Below, piece by piece: positions 37,425 through 51,275 of a DNA stretch of 64,000 nt; the first letter of the stretch is position 1, and every line of letters begins with the position of its first letter. The notes under the pieces were generated by a model that was given only the letters and a program-made list of their open reading frames with translations, searched no databases and was not told the DNA's origin. The translations under genes were made by a program, and so were the position numbers. Origin of the DNA: Octopus sinensis (lineage: Eukaryota); the NCBI RefSeq assembly GCF_006345805.1, contig NC_043004.1, positions 71,176,001 through 71,240,000 of the forward strand, given 5' to 3'.

Positions 37425-37995
37425 TGGTTTCTGATTACAAATAACTTGGGTCATACATATCATTATCTGAAAAAGATTTTCTAATTGGAAAGGGTATGGC
37501 CTGGTCAGCCTGTAATGATATGCATAAGATCTGGTCATCAAATCTAAGTAGAGATTTCAAACTGAAAATCTTCAAAGCCACAGTCGAACCAATTCTACTA
37601 TATGGCTCAGAAACCTGGACATTATCAAAGAAGCATGAGAGGCGGTTGGATGGAACTTACACTCGCCACCTTATGAGAGCTCAAAATCGCTCGTGAAAGC
37701 GTCATCCAACCAAGTACAAATATATGGGAAACTACCACCTGTATCATCTCTTGTGAAAGGTAGAAGAGTCCAGCAAACTGGACATTGTTGTAGAGCTGAA
37801 AACTAGGCAATTTCTACTATTCTCTTCTGGAAGCCATCTGCTTGCGATAACAAAGGGCGCACACTCTCCTACCCTGATGTAATCTCCAGGGATACAGGCA
37901 TCCAGCATCAAGACCGCCGTAGTGCTATAATGGACCATGAAGTTTGGCGTAACATAGTAAATTCCATTGTCTCGACCACGCTCGAATAATGAATG
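37425..37995 (+). mobile_element. RTE/RTEX-type LINE 3' end
   Basis: YLGSYIS..EKDF..KGMAWSACNDMHKIWSSNLSRDFKLKIFKATVEPILLYGSETWTL...LDGTYTR.LMRAQN, GHC.RAE, ending in a (TGAA)n tail. Confidence 0.85.
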
Positions 37996-38033
37996 AATGA
38001 ATCTAATTGATACCTATCCATATAGTAAATACA

Positions 38034-38226
38034 TTAAGGCGGCGAGCTGGCAGAATCGTTAGCACGCCGGGCGAAATGCTTAGCGGTGTTTCGTCTGCCG
38101 CAACGTTCTGAGTTCAAATTCCGCCGAGATCGACTTTGCCTTTTATCCTTTCGAGGTCGATAAATTAAGAACCAGTTGCATTTTGGAGTCGATCAAAATT
38201 TCGTGCCTTGTGCCTAGAGTAGAAAA
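38034..38226 (+). mobile_element. SINE family C with an alternative short tail
   Basis: Head and core match 56704; tail is ...AAAATTTCGTGCCTTGTGCCTAGAGTAGAAAAG. Confidence 0.8.
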
Positions 38227-40439
38227 GCATATAAAAATTACATTATACTATCTTTTTGTTTTTATTATTGTTTATAATTGGAGCATTGTTATTGTTTTGT
38301 AATTCGTTTTTTTATATTCCCTCTGAAAACATTCATGAGAGTTGAGAGTTGGCAACGATTTTGCAGCATAAATTTGCAGATTGAAATGACCTAAGCAAGA
38401 CACTTAGAGCGAAAATAGCTTATTTGTTTAAGCAGTAATGCGATATCTATGCAAGCTCTCAGTAGAAATACTAGTAAATTTAAATAATGTCAGAATACTT
38501 TTACAAAAATTCCAGCAAATAGCATTCGAATGCCTAAAATATTGGTTTGATGAATTAAGAATTATTAGAAGAGATTTGCTGCACAATATCATGTGATAAG
38601 TCAAAAAACTATTATTAGGTCAGGATTGATTCAAAGACAGGCTTTACTACGTGTTCACTGAAACTTCCGGAATTGTTTTAAATTCACGCAGAACGTCAGT
38701 AAGTTTGAGTTAAGAGTGCTGGTAAATAGCACCTATCCCGCTATTATGTAATACATTATTTTAAGTAACATGGAGAGATAAAAGATATAACGGATCTCAG
38801 AAATTGAACTCATGAACTAAAAAAATCGAAAGAAACCCTGTAAGGTATGTGTGTGTGATGCACTACCGATTCTTCCGATCTACCACCTAATTTATCTCAG
38901 ATCTCAAATTAATGCCCGCAAAAAGATGAGCTAACTTAGGTAAACTAATCATAGGCTTAAACAACGAAATGATGCCAAGGGTGCAACATGTTTCATCACG
39001 TTTTGAATATTTCATATGATGTGTCACTAAATTTCATGCTTCTTACTGCACAGTTACGCCTACGCCTATACTAAGACAAACAAATTCACCTACAAGTGTA
39101 TTGAGACTTTAGTCGTATGTATCTGCTTTTCCATCATGTTGTTATTTGTTGACTGAGTGAAAAAGTGTTCAAAATCGTTTCACTATTTTAGATTAATACA
39201 ACACTACATTAGAGAAAGACTACTTATATTTGAAAAAATTATCGGGCGATGTTTGAGAGAAAATTACAATTCGTTGGAATTCAAGGGACGACGTAGACCG
39301 TCCCAACTTCATGTTGATTTGATATATTTCAAAATGATAAATGATAGGTAATATCAGGTGGAACCGATTTATGATTAAAGATAATTAGTCCGCGAACTCT
39401 TAATTTTTCCCATGTGTATTCCGTCCTTTTTCGAAAATGCTGCATATGATTGATCGCCATTTCGCAAGCTGAGCAATTCCCTTCGCTTGATTCTTCCATC
39501 ACCATATTTTGTATTCTAGGAATATTGACCAGGCTTTACTTTCATCAATGTATGATCGTATGTTGTTTGGAAACATGCATAAGAACGGTGGATAGTATGA
39601 AATATTTCCTAGTTTAATAACCTTCCGCTTTGTTTGTAACCATATAATGACCATCAGTTACCAGGCATCTGTTTTCGTTTTAAGATTAAAACAATTGTAA
39701 TTAAAAAAAAATCAAAATATGTGACTAATTGAAGAAAAGTTTAACACATTGCCACGTAAGCGATCGCGTGATTACGTTTCTGTATAAGATTGTACGTGAA
39801 CATAAAAAAAAAGAATGTAATTAGTTTTCTGTGCATATAGGTAGCGTGTCCTGGAAGCTAATAACTATGAGTGACGCATTTTGAAAGAGGGCCTTCTGAG
39901 ACCAAAATATTAGACAATGGATGTCAAAGAATAGAATTCAGCAGATAGGCACCTGATAAACAATTGCTTCATCTCTCCTCCTTCGTATCCGAACGTAACC
40001 TTAAGAATCAACGAATTATTTCAAGAACAAGCAAATCACTTCAAATTTAATTAAATTCCAGTCATTCCATTCTGAATGAAAATTCCCGTGAGGTACTAAC
40101 CTGTCTGAAGTTGGCATGTATTTAGAGAAGTGTGAGTAACAAGCAGACTTTACACAGAAAAGTTCAAGCACATCAGATTTGTTTGCACGCTGCTCTGATC
40201 AATATGGCATTGATAAAACGGCCAGTTTTAAAATTTCACCAGGATATTTGTCAAATAATAGTAAAAAAAATTCTAATTTAATAAATCGCTTTTCTGTTTT
40301 ATAGAACAATATATGTATTTTTTAAGAAATAGACAGAGCAGAAGCAGCACTCGCTTACATACCACTTCAGATCTTACACGCACACACTCACACGCACGAA
40401 CGGACACAGATATACACACAGGCATACACACATAAACAC

Positions 40440-40850
<411 letters not shown>

Positions 40851-41973
40851 CATACACTATCTAATTTGATATATATCTTTATATAATTATTTCCTTTCAC
40901 ATTCCATGTCGTAAATTTATCAGTCGCTTTTACACAATTTGGCACGAGCAGAAACCTCATTGTTGTTTGAACTTTAACATTTATTTTCGACGTTACAATG
41001 CAAATACGATTCTTGTGTAGAAACTTTAATCAGAAATCTTTAAATCCTTCAAAGGTCACATGTACGCATGAAAGAACTTTACAATTTCAGATCCTCCAAC
41101 CGTATTGTTGTCCATAGAATTCTGCGTTCCTCTCTTCACTTCTATGTTTCCGTTATGTATTATCATTCTAAATTCAATATTAACAAGATTTCGCGAAAGA
41201 AAATGGCAGAATAGCAAAATCATTCAATAACCTGAGCAGCCTAAGGTAACATAACTTTAATATGTGAATAACTGTCACCGTCATATTTCAAATAACGTTT
41301 TCTTTTTTTTCGAAAGCAGCCAAAAATATAAAAATTCAAAGAATACATTTATAAATACGGGGCGGCTTATCGAGGTTAAGCAATCAGTTTACTTGCATAC
41401 ATCCAACAAACATTAGAAATTTCTACTGCCATCTTTGCGTTATATTCACGTAACTCGTGTCAAATCATTTAACTTTTTTCCATCGTTCATCGTTCGATCT
41501 TTTATTTGTTTCAGTCGTTCAACTGCAGCTATACTAAGACAGAAACTGAAACGGTTTTAATCGGACATATTAACCTCAGGACTTATTCTATTGGTGTCAT
41601 TTGCCGGACCGCTTAGTTACGACAGAGATTTTTCCTTCATTTTTACACTGTTAAGAGTCAATACCATCATCATATTTCGGCTGGGAAGCTCAAGAAACTG
41701 GAACCTTTCAAATATTTTGGTGTCTAGCTATAACTGTGCACCTTACGTAATACATAGATATTCCAATAAAAAGAAGGAAGAAACGTGATATACTAAAACT
41801 TACGAACATGTTAATTCAATTCAAACGCAGGCATATAAAGAGAAAAAAGGATTAAATAAAATGCAGAATACCAACAGACTAACATCACATACAACTTGTG
41901 TATGTCAGTTCTATTATGTTTATATACCCCAATCTGCTTCTAATTTAACATGTATACACATACATATATGAAC

Positions 41974-42046
<73 letters not shown>

Positions 42047-42074
42047 TCTTTCAAAATGTATCTACCTCAATCGT

Positions 42075-42497
42075 TGGCGATATTTTCCCCTCTTGCTTCC
42101 TTTTCTATTGAACTTTCCTTTGTTTTGGAAGAAGAGGTTTGCTCGAAACATAAAACCACCTTTCTTTCCTTCCCTGAGCGTCTGCTATTATTTTACATTT
42201 ACCCACGTCCTCGCGTTTTTGTTGTCTTTATGTTTGTTCTTTGGTTTGTTTTTCGGGATTTATATATATACACGCACATATGCATACATATATACATATA
42301 TATGGCGATTTTTGTCCTCCGTCTTCCCTTCATTGGATCTTTCCTTTTCTTATATTTGTGACGAAGAGCTCCGCTCGAAATGTTAAACCCCCCTTCTTTC
42401 CTAAGCGTCCAATAATACTATACTTGTTCCACATCCTCGCGTTGTTGTATTTTCTCTTTGTGTTTTCATGTTTGGATTAACTTTATATATATATATA
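42075..42497 (+). mobile_element. Two diverged tandem ~228-bp units, each with a minimal hammerhead relic
   Basis: Units start TGGCGAT at 42075 and 42303; hammerhead relics at 42122-42156 and 42354-42388; shared CACGTCCTCGCGTT/CACATCCTCGCGTT; a third copy at 47737-47930 (-). Confidence 0.7.
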
Positions 42498-42624
42498 TCA
42501 GTTGGTTAAGTTCACATCGATCGCTATTATTAGCTCAATAGTAGGGAGCGTGTGACAAGTTGGTAAAATCCTGTGACGGAATATTAGTTTTAAATTTTAG
42601 AACAATGCCAGCAATTTCGAGGAG

Positions 42625-42800
42625 GGTTTAGTTGATTAGATCGACCCCGTAGCGTTTAATCAGTATTTATTTTATCGACCCCGAAATCATAAAAAAAATG
42701 TAGGTCTCGGCGGAACTTGAATTCAAAATTTAAAGATGGACGATTTGCCGATAAGCATTTCTCTTGACGTGCTAACGATTCTACCAGCTCGCCACCTTAT
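42625..42800 (-). mobile_element. Degenerate SINE family C
   Basis: TTTATCGACCCCGAAA...CTACCAGCTCGCCACCTTA. Confidence 0.65.
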
Positions 42801-44444
42801 TCAAAGGGAATATTCATTTCTACTTTACGCATCATACAGAGGTTTCGATGTTTGACTATGATTATTTATTATCTCTTCTTTTCGTTTCGGTTTTGTTAGA
42901 ATAATTTTAAAGCAGATGAGTTGTTTTGACCGAGAAATGCAAAAGGACCAAAATTAGGCTCTTTGCGTCGCCCCTATTCGATGACACTTATATCTTTCTT
43001 CCAAATATGGAAACATTTTTGAAAATGTGCGTCCGGGACATGAATTCGTTGTCATGAATATAAATGTGAAGATATTTGTGCGCATGTGTGTGTGTCTTTG
43101 TGTGTGTGTATGTGTGTGTGTGCGCGTGTATGTGTCTATACTCATATGTATGTATGTTATATGTAAGTATATTCGTCTGTGTGTATGTGTGTGTGTCTTT
43201 CTGTCTGTCCGTGTTGGAAATAAAATACCGGAAGCCCATTTCATTTCCAACAGGAAGGAGAATTGTCTTTACGGTGAAAAGTACTTCCTGGACGGAAATA
43301 TAAATAATATAAATGTAATATGCGAGAAGATGGTGGTTAGGTAATACGGAAAGAAATATATTTTAAAACATTCTCCACAGGAATAGGAAAATAATAAGTA
43401 CCACCAATAAAAAAAATAGTAAGAACCACAGGAACCTCAGATGTATTGAACGGATGAAATATCAAAATTCACAGCCATACGAATAAGGCAGTCACCAACT
43501 TACCGAATCCTGGATGAGTCGGTTATATTTTCTACTGGTATTATTTCTATCCGAGGGTCAGTTTTGTCTTTCCTTCTCTCGGTTTATGATTGTGTTACTT
43601 TCTGGAAGAAACCGATCTCTACTATGCGTAAAAAGGACCACGTCCTACCAAATGTGCGTATCACAAATCAAATGAAAGCTGGAGAGAAAATATCAATGGA
43701 GAATAAAAGTATTTTGAAGGTAATCAGTGCTTGTGTCTGCGACAAGGGTTTCGTTGAATGGAGAAAATTGGTGGGGGAGAGAGATGAAAAATGTTCTTAA
43801 AATATGTTGTTGATAATGATAATGCAGAAGGAATGTATTGGAGAGTACGTAAATTGGTAACCATTTGGTTATTTTGCAATGCCATAAAAAAAACAAAAAA
43901 CTTGAGTAGCCTCTCAGAATTTCATGACTTTCGTATCTCTCCGAATTCTACTTCTATGGCGGTTTCTACTGCAGAAGAGCCACGCAATTTTCTAGATTAA
44001 ATCGCGGTCTCTATTTCAGTGCACTTCTCCGGACTCACGCAGAGCATTTCACATGCCAGATTGACAATATCATACAAGCTACCAACACAACTAATATCAA
44101 CTTGATACCTTTGTCTATTAAACTAACTCGCTTCTCACAGCCTTATTTAAAATCTACGTATATATAGTATATGACAAATCTGCCATGATATCCGTTTCAC
44201 AACCGACAATCACTATCTATTCACATCCGTTCACTATAATCTTTTTCACTCCTAATTCTAAATATTCTATTTCTAGTGATGTCTTGAAGTTCTATTCTTT
44301 CAGCAGTTATAGGATACTGATTCTGATAAACCTTAACATAGGTTCTGAAATGCTTCACTTATTTAAATTTAAATAAATGTATTTATAATTCCTTTGAAAA
44401 TGTTAACGTTAAATTTATGTCAAAAATAGCAGAATAGCCAGAAT

Positions 44445-45724
44445 TAGGAGATGTCCATTAAAAGATTTCCCCTGACCCACTTCCGTTTATTGCAGAAAGC
44501 GAAACTTGTCCAGGTATAATTATATGTCTTTACATGTCATATTGTGAATTGCAGCTTTTCATTTGTATTTGTTTGTTTTTTAAGGCGGCTGAAGTGGACT
44601 AAGGTGTTATAACGATGGCTGTTGAATGCAGATCAGTGATCAGGTTCTTATACTATAAAGGTCGTACACCAAAAGAGATTTTCTATGAGATGAAAGAAGT
44701 TTATGGTGACGATAACACTCATACGACGTAGTCAAGCACTGGCATCACCAGTTCAAATATGGTCGGACATCGGTGGATAGTGCTCCTATTCCTGGACGAC
44801 CACATTCCGCCATTAATGACGACACCATCCATAAAGCGGAATCCACCATTTTGGAGGATCACGGTATAACTATTGGGCAACCAGCCCAAGAAATGAAGAT
44901 ATGGAAAAAGTCATTTACGAACATTTGTACAGGCAAAAGTTGTCTACACGATGGATTCCCCGGATGCTCACATCTTTGCAGGAGCAGAAACGTGCTACCT
45001 GCTCCCAGGAACTTTTGGCAATATGCCAAGAAAACGGGGATGAATTTTACGGCAGATTTATCACACAGGAGGAAACATGGGTCCATCACTATGATCCTGA
45101 GTGTAAAGTCCAGTCGAAGCAATGGAAGCATGATAACTTACCAGTTCCAATGAAGGCTCATGTCCAATCCTCAGCGGGCAAGGTGATGCTCAGTCTTTTG
45201 GGATCAATATAGATTAGCAATGATGGATTTTCTGGCAAAGGGCACCATAATTAACGGAGCATACCATGCTTCCCTGCTGCAGGAATTGCGGGATACCATT
45301 AAAGCAGAGAGGCGTGGCATGCTGACCAAAGGAGTCCGTCTCCGCTAAGACAACACCCCAGTTCACAATGTGCATGTTGCCCAGATGAAAGCACATTCCT
45401 GAGGCTATAAAATCCTTCCCAATCCCCCTTACACTCCCTCCCTCGCACCATCTCACTTCCACCTCTTTCCAATGATGAAGTCTCTTTTGAAGGGGAAGCA
45501 CTTTTCGGATGATGATGAACTAATTTTCAAGGTAAAGTCTTGGCTCCAGACGCAACCTACCGACTTCTACATACAACTTCTTCACAGCTGCAGAAAGTGG
45601 TGGGGGAAAGAGTTTCACCATTGGTGGTGGCTATGTAGAGAAGGACTAATAATTATGCGTAGTTTCGACTAACCCAGTCTTTGAGAAGTGAGTCAGAGTA
45701 AATTTTTAATGAACACCCTTCTTA
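44445..45724 (+). mobile_element. Mariner (DD34D) DNA transposon, ~1.28 kb, with a disrupted transposase
   Basis: Imperfect ~40-bp TIRs; RSVIRFL..KGRTPKEI...YGD, GRP, RWIPRMLT, ETWVHHYDPE, AGKVM, DN(T)PVH, HPPY.P.LAPS.FHLFP.MK..LKGK.F. Confidence 0.88.
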
Positions 45725-45880
45725 TCATGTCTTTTGTTTAGTTTTCTTTGTTAAGCACAAGATTAAAACTGATGGTCAAACACGTGTCCAAAGTCGCTGA
45801 TATGTATCTGTGACACACATAAATATTTACTCACGCACAATCATTTGCTTGATTTGTTTTAAGTATATATATATACATAC

Positions 45881-45939
<59 letters not shown>

Positions 45940-45942
<3 letters not shown>

Positions 45943-46480
45943 TAAGTAATTAAGGGTTTAGCAACGATTTGCCTCACCACACACCGAATTTAGAAATAGC
46001 AGTCAAAGAGTTATGGCTATTCTTTCTACTTAAAAGAGAGATCTCAGTAAAACCACAGCACTTAAAAGGCAAACAACGCAGGTAAAAGAGAAAGAAATGA
46101 CGACAATCATTCTATATTAAGTCACCTACGGACGTACATTTCGAAATTAAGTCATAGGAAAGCATAAAAATTAAATAATTATGTCTTACCCGACTACTTT
46201 TCTCCTCAGCGTAGGACTCTACAATTATAGATAATTGTGTATTAAATTTGGAGTGCCGTGGTTTTACTGAGATCTCTCTTTTAAGTAGAAAGAATAGCCA
46301 TAACTCTTTGACTGCTATTTCTAAATTCGGTGTGTGGTGAGGCAAATCGTTGCTAAACCCTTAATTACTTAGTATTACTTAAACCTTCCTCGAATGGGGC
46401 TTTTACATGCCGAAATCTACTTGGTGAAATTGATGATTACTCCAAATTAATTGATTTCACCCTATATTATTATTGATAAC
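45940..46480. mobile_element. Non-coding PLE-pLTR-like element with ~123-bp inverted arms enclosing a hammerhead
   Basis: 45940-46062 is the inverted copy of 46252-46375 (1 mismatch seen); homologous to 13750-14142 and to the start of the 31600 monomer (CAATTTCACCAAGTA). Confidence 0.85.
46125..46215 (-). ncRNA. Type I hammerhead ribozyme with a canonical core
   Basis: cctacg CTGAGGA gaaa-(long stem-loop)-tttc GAAA t gtac GTC cgtagg. Perfect 6-bp helix I, G10.1-C11.1 pair, GUC triplet, palindromic helix III; predicted cut between 46131 and 46130. Confidence 0.8.
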
Positions 46481-46499
46481 TATATATATATATATATAG

Positions 46500-46845
46500 T
46501 TGAAGAGTGGATGTGATGTAGGTAATATAGTCGAGGCTTCAGTCCCACTGTGTGACGCACGTTGAATAAGGATCTTCAACTCTAGTCCAGAGATACCAAA
46601 TCCTTGAGAACGGATTGGATAGATGGTAACTATAGAATCTGATCGTATATAGGTATATGTCACTATGTTCACCCGACCCCATCGCTTGATGACCAGATGT
46701 GATTTGTCTCAGTCGCCGTGACTTAACGATTCGGCATAAGAGACCTTTCTTTACCAGGCATTTTCAAAAACCATCATTAGTTCTATTAAAATCTTCAATG
46801 GAGTGCCCCAGCAAGGCCGCGGTCTGATGCCCGAAACAAATAACT
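46500..46845 (+). mobile_element. Old, degenerate SINE family A
   Basis: TTCAGTCCCACTG head remnant; GTGCCCCAGCAAGGCCGCGGTC...GAAACAAATAA end. Confidence 0.55.
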
Positions 46846-47324
46846 TGTGCAAGTGTATGTGTGTGTTTGTGTACGTAAATATACATACATCAATATATAC
46901 ATATGTCAAAGTATAATGTGATATTGATTACCATAGACAGAATTCTGTTATTTAAGGGAAATGTAAGTGAAAATCCGGATATTCCGAGATGCTGGAGAGG
47001 TCGAGTATATTCTCTTACGTTCATTGGTCCGGATAACATGTTTTCTTATCAGTTTCTGTCAGCAACTTTGATTTGACGACAAACTCTCCTCACAGCAACA
47101 GTAAGACTGCTTACAAAGCATAATGGATTAATTTACATCTCCACATTGTCAGTGAAACATTTCCTGTAGCGATATAATATTTGTTGACGTAGGAAGTTAA
47201 ATTCTGTGATAGACACTAAATGAGGACATACATTACGTTGAGAAAATGTATGTTATATACATACGTACTCAAAGTCATACACACGCATATATATATATGG
47301 AGGTAGTGAGTATCCATCGGTTGG

Positions 47325-47587
47325 GATAGCGAACGTTCCAGTTGATCCGATCAACGGAACATCGTGCAAGTGGCTGAGCACTCCACAGACTCTTAACGTC
47401 GTTCTCGGGGAGATTCAGGGAGGCACAGAATTTGACAAAGCTGGGCCTTTGAAATACAGGTAATGTTCATTGTTACGAGCTGAATGGACAGAAGCAACCT
47501 GAAATAAAGTGTCTTGCTCAATGACACAGCGTGCAAACTGGAATCGAAATCTTCACCTTACGATCATGGGCAGAATACCACAACCGG
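47325..47587 (-). mobile_element. SINE with a CORE-like middle and the family B tail type 1
   Basis: TTTCGATTCC B-box, TTGAGCAAGACACTTTATTTCA CORE-like segment, then TACCTGTATTTCAAAGG...GTTGATCGGATCAACTGGAAC as at 23930-24085. Confidence 0.7.
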
Positions 47588-47634
47588 GAAACCACGCTTA
47601 CACACGCACACACACACATACGCACACATTCATT

Positions 47635-47729
<95 letters not shown>

Positions 47730-47736
47730 ATAGATA

Positions 47737-47930
47737 ATCAAAAAACAAAACGGAGAAAAAAGGCAAGAAAAAAAACAACGTGAGGACGTGATACGAGCAA
47801 AGTATTAATGAGACGCTCAGAGAAAGGAAGGGAGGGTGGTTGTTTTATGATTAGAGCAAAGCTCTTCTTCGGAAACAGGAGACAGAGGAAAGTCAAAAAG
47901 AAAAGGAAGAAGGAGGAAAACAGTCGCCAA
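47737..47930 (-). mobile_element. Third copy of the ~228-bp hammerhead-relic unit
   Basis: TTGGCGAC start; gttt CCGAAGA a gagc ttt gctc TAATCATA aaac (47842-47876); CACGTCCTCACGTT. Confidence 0.65.
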
Positions 47931-47974
47931 TAGTCGACGTGTAGTTATATTTGCGTGTGTGTGTGTGTGTGTGT

Positions 47975-48420
47975 ATCCAGTTGGATGACGAACAAAGGTG
48001 TCAAGTGGAGTAAAAGCATTTGAAGAGGCCAGGATAACATAAGTAAGGCCCAAAAGAGAATGTAACGATCGAGAAGTTGAATCACAATGACCTTTGTGTG
48101 TGTACAGTCTGTGACAGACCATGCCTTTCTTTTGCTGGCCTCAAATCTCACCTGCGAACGCATGGAAAGCGAACCTCCACCAACTATTGTGACTATATGT
48201 CTGTGCAAACACTTTGAATACAGTGTATACCAGAAAGTTTGCAAATCCAATGGAGTCCTCAGAGGACATGTTTAGATCCACAAAGAGCAGAACTTATCTG
48301 CAGGTATTGGTGGTCCAAATCAGAGGTGGTATCTATGTAGGTGTGTTTTCAGGACATTGTCTGGTTTAAAAAGTCACAGCAGACGCCAAGATGGTGTACA
48401 CAATATCATATACAGAGTAG
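47975..48420 (+). mobile_element. RTE LINE 3' end, same family as 5153-6360
   Basis: Aligns by eye with 5905-6350. Confidence 0.8.
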
Positions 48421-50970
48421 TACTCTTCATGACGAGGGGTCCAAAATAATTGAAATAAATATCAATCTCCCAGGTGTAAAACCCTATGAAATCTTTAATA
48501 TAGTAATTACTCACATATTCGCGCACACGTGCGCACTCATGCATGTTTTAGCATGTACGTATGGAAGAGGTTCTACCGAGCGCTTCAGCACGCTTCTTTC
48601 TACAAGATTTTGCTCACAAATAACTAGAGAAGTAGAATTTACAGTAGAATTTTCAGACAGAGTTTCGAGCAGGGGAATCAAACAGTTTGTAATCAGACCT
48701 TTATTTCACGGGATCGTCTTTCCATTCCATCATAAGCATATTTGCAACGCGGTAACATTTGGTTTTTCTTGGAATCCCTGTTTGGGCATCTTTGGGCGTC
48801 TTTGGGTGCTATTACTGAAATACACAGAAGCCAGGACTAATGCCTGTTTCTCCCTACAATAGCATACCCACTCTAACAAAATATAAAAAGCAGATTGCCG
48901 TCTGAGGTGAGGACTATTTTGGCTTGCAAACTATAGCAAGTTAAGGATCCAATTTGAAATTTATTGTTGCTCAACTCAACACTATTTTTTCATGAGTAAT
49001 GTGACGTGCGGAAAAACAAATCGAATATCGTTTATTAAATTTACTATTCTTTTGTTGTTTTTGTTGTTGGTGTTGTTTCATTATGTTCCATTGAATTGTA
49101 TTCAATATATTTCGAAAATTTTCTGAACATCATGCTAGGCGCATGGAGTCATATATTTTGCTTTATCATAACTATTCGCATCGATCAAGAGATTATGTAA
49201 ACACCATCAACTCCGGAAGGCTATTTCATTAAATCGAATCCAATAAAATGGACAGTCAATTATAAGGACAGCGGACGATATAAATATTTACTATCAGCTA
49301 ACCGTTTACCTGTCAAAATCAATGTTCTGCACGATGAAATACAATCTGTAATTCAAACCTTAAAATTTGTCGTTTCGTTGATTCCTTTCCACTGTTTTCC
49401 GTCTTCGCTCGTTTTTCTTTTCGATCAGATCAATCATTTGCCTGAAGTCAACCTTATTTCTCTTGCTTGTTTCTCTATCATTATTAGATTTTTATTTCTT
49501 CTTAAATTATTTTTATTTATTTGGAATGGCAGAAACATACTTGGCCACAACTGTGTCGCAGCAAAAGTGTTTACTATGCAACACATGCAGTCAGTGTGCA
49601 CAAATTTGTAGGACCCTTTATATTTCAGCAAATGGGATTCGTTTACAATAAATACACTTTATAACATGTATATTCGGATATATTAAAATCTTTGAAAATC
49701 GACATGACTTAACTGTACGGAGCTATTTAGAAAGATATTTGACCAATGTGTGTCGTATCTCTTTAATGCACATCTTTCCAAATGATATGCCGCAAGGAAT
49801 ATCTAGGTTTACACCGCGGGTTTCGAAACAGATGTTTTAACACTTTCAAAAGTGACACGATAAGGTTTCAGCGTCTCCAAAGATATATTACACATATTAC
49901 GATGAATATTACAACAATGATTCCAATTCGTACAAGTCAGTTTTATCTTAATAATTCTGATGCACACTCTATACGATCGTTTTACTCTTTTGTTCTTCTC
50001 TCTAATTCTTTTACCTCCTATTCTCCCACTATTCCTTCATATTACTCTGTCACCCTCTCTCATTCACTCCTCCTCCTCCCTTGCTCATGTGGCTTTCACG
50101 TGACCATCGGCCATTTTCCCCCTTCTAACTTGTGATTTTTCTTTCTATCTGTTGTAGCTGGAACGAGGAAGACGTATTCTTGTCTGTCTCCTGTCCAAGC
50201 TTGATTTATGCGTTCGCCAACACAACCTCATTTAGGCTTAGCAGCATTTCCTCTTTGTTTTCACCATCCTGTTTGTGTTACCTATTTTGACCTTCCGCAA
50301 GAATTCCAAATTTTATATAATTTGCTTTGTGGGAGCAAATTATATAATTATATATTGTATTTCATCGTGCAGAACATTGATTTTGACAGGTAAACGGTTA
50401 GCTGATAGTAAACATTTTATCGAAAGCGTATATTGTTGTTAAATGCTCAAAATACAAGTCTAGAAAATCAGTCAACAACTGATGAAGGGTCCTTCTTTAT
50501 GTTGTTTGTTTTGTTTTCATTACCAGAATCGTTGGTACGCGGAGCAAAATAATGGTTAGGGTGTTTCGTCCATCCTTATGTTCTGATTTCAAATTCCGTC
50601 GTGGTCGTCTATGACATGCATCATTTCGGGGTCTATAAATCATGCAGCAGTTGAGTACGGACGTCTGTGTAAGTGACTCTTCTTCTCTCCCAGAATTTCT
50701 GGCCTTGTGCCAAAATTTGAAACCAATCATTCCAAGATGTTCATTTAAAGTTAACTTATGATGAAATATTATCGAAGAAATAGCTTTGTTCAGAACCTAA
50801 AGGATGTCTGGTGACAGATTTATGGAAATAAATATGTCGAACTTTTTTGCATTTCTCTCCCTTATTCGCTCGAACGAGGCTCTTACATTCGTAACGAAAC
50901 GATCGTATGCTCATAGGTGACTAATGAATTTAATAATTTCATCTCCATTAATTTACATATATATATATAC

Positions 50971-51005
<35 letters not shown>

Positions 51006-51053
51006 AGTGTGTATGTACACACAAATTAATGCAGATGAAATAATTACATTTAT

Positions 51054-51100
<47 letters not shown>

Positions 51101-51194
51101 GTAGATAGATAGATGGAGATTCATGCATACATACAAACATATATATATTATATACACATACATATACATACATGTATACGTATATAAATAGATG

Positions 51195-51275
<81 letters not shown>

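Noticed and set aside
50479-50500. CTGATGAAGG (and CTGAAGAAAGG at ~23400, minus) as hammerheads
   Set aside because: No downstream GAAA, helix III or helix I partner; probably remnants of a repeat family.
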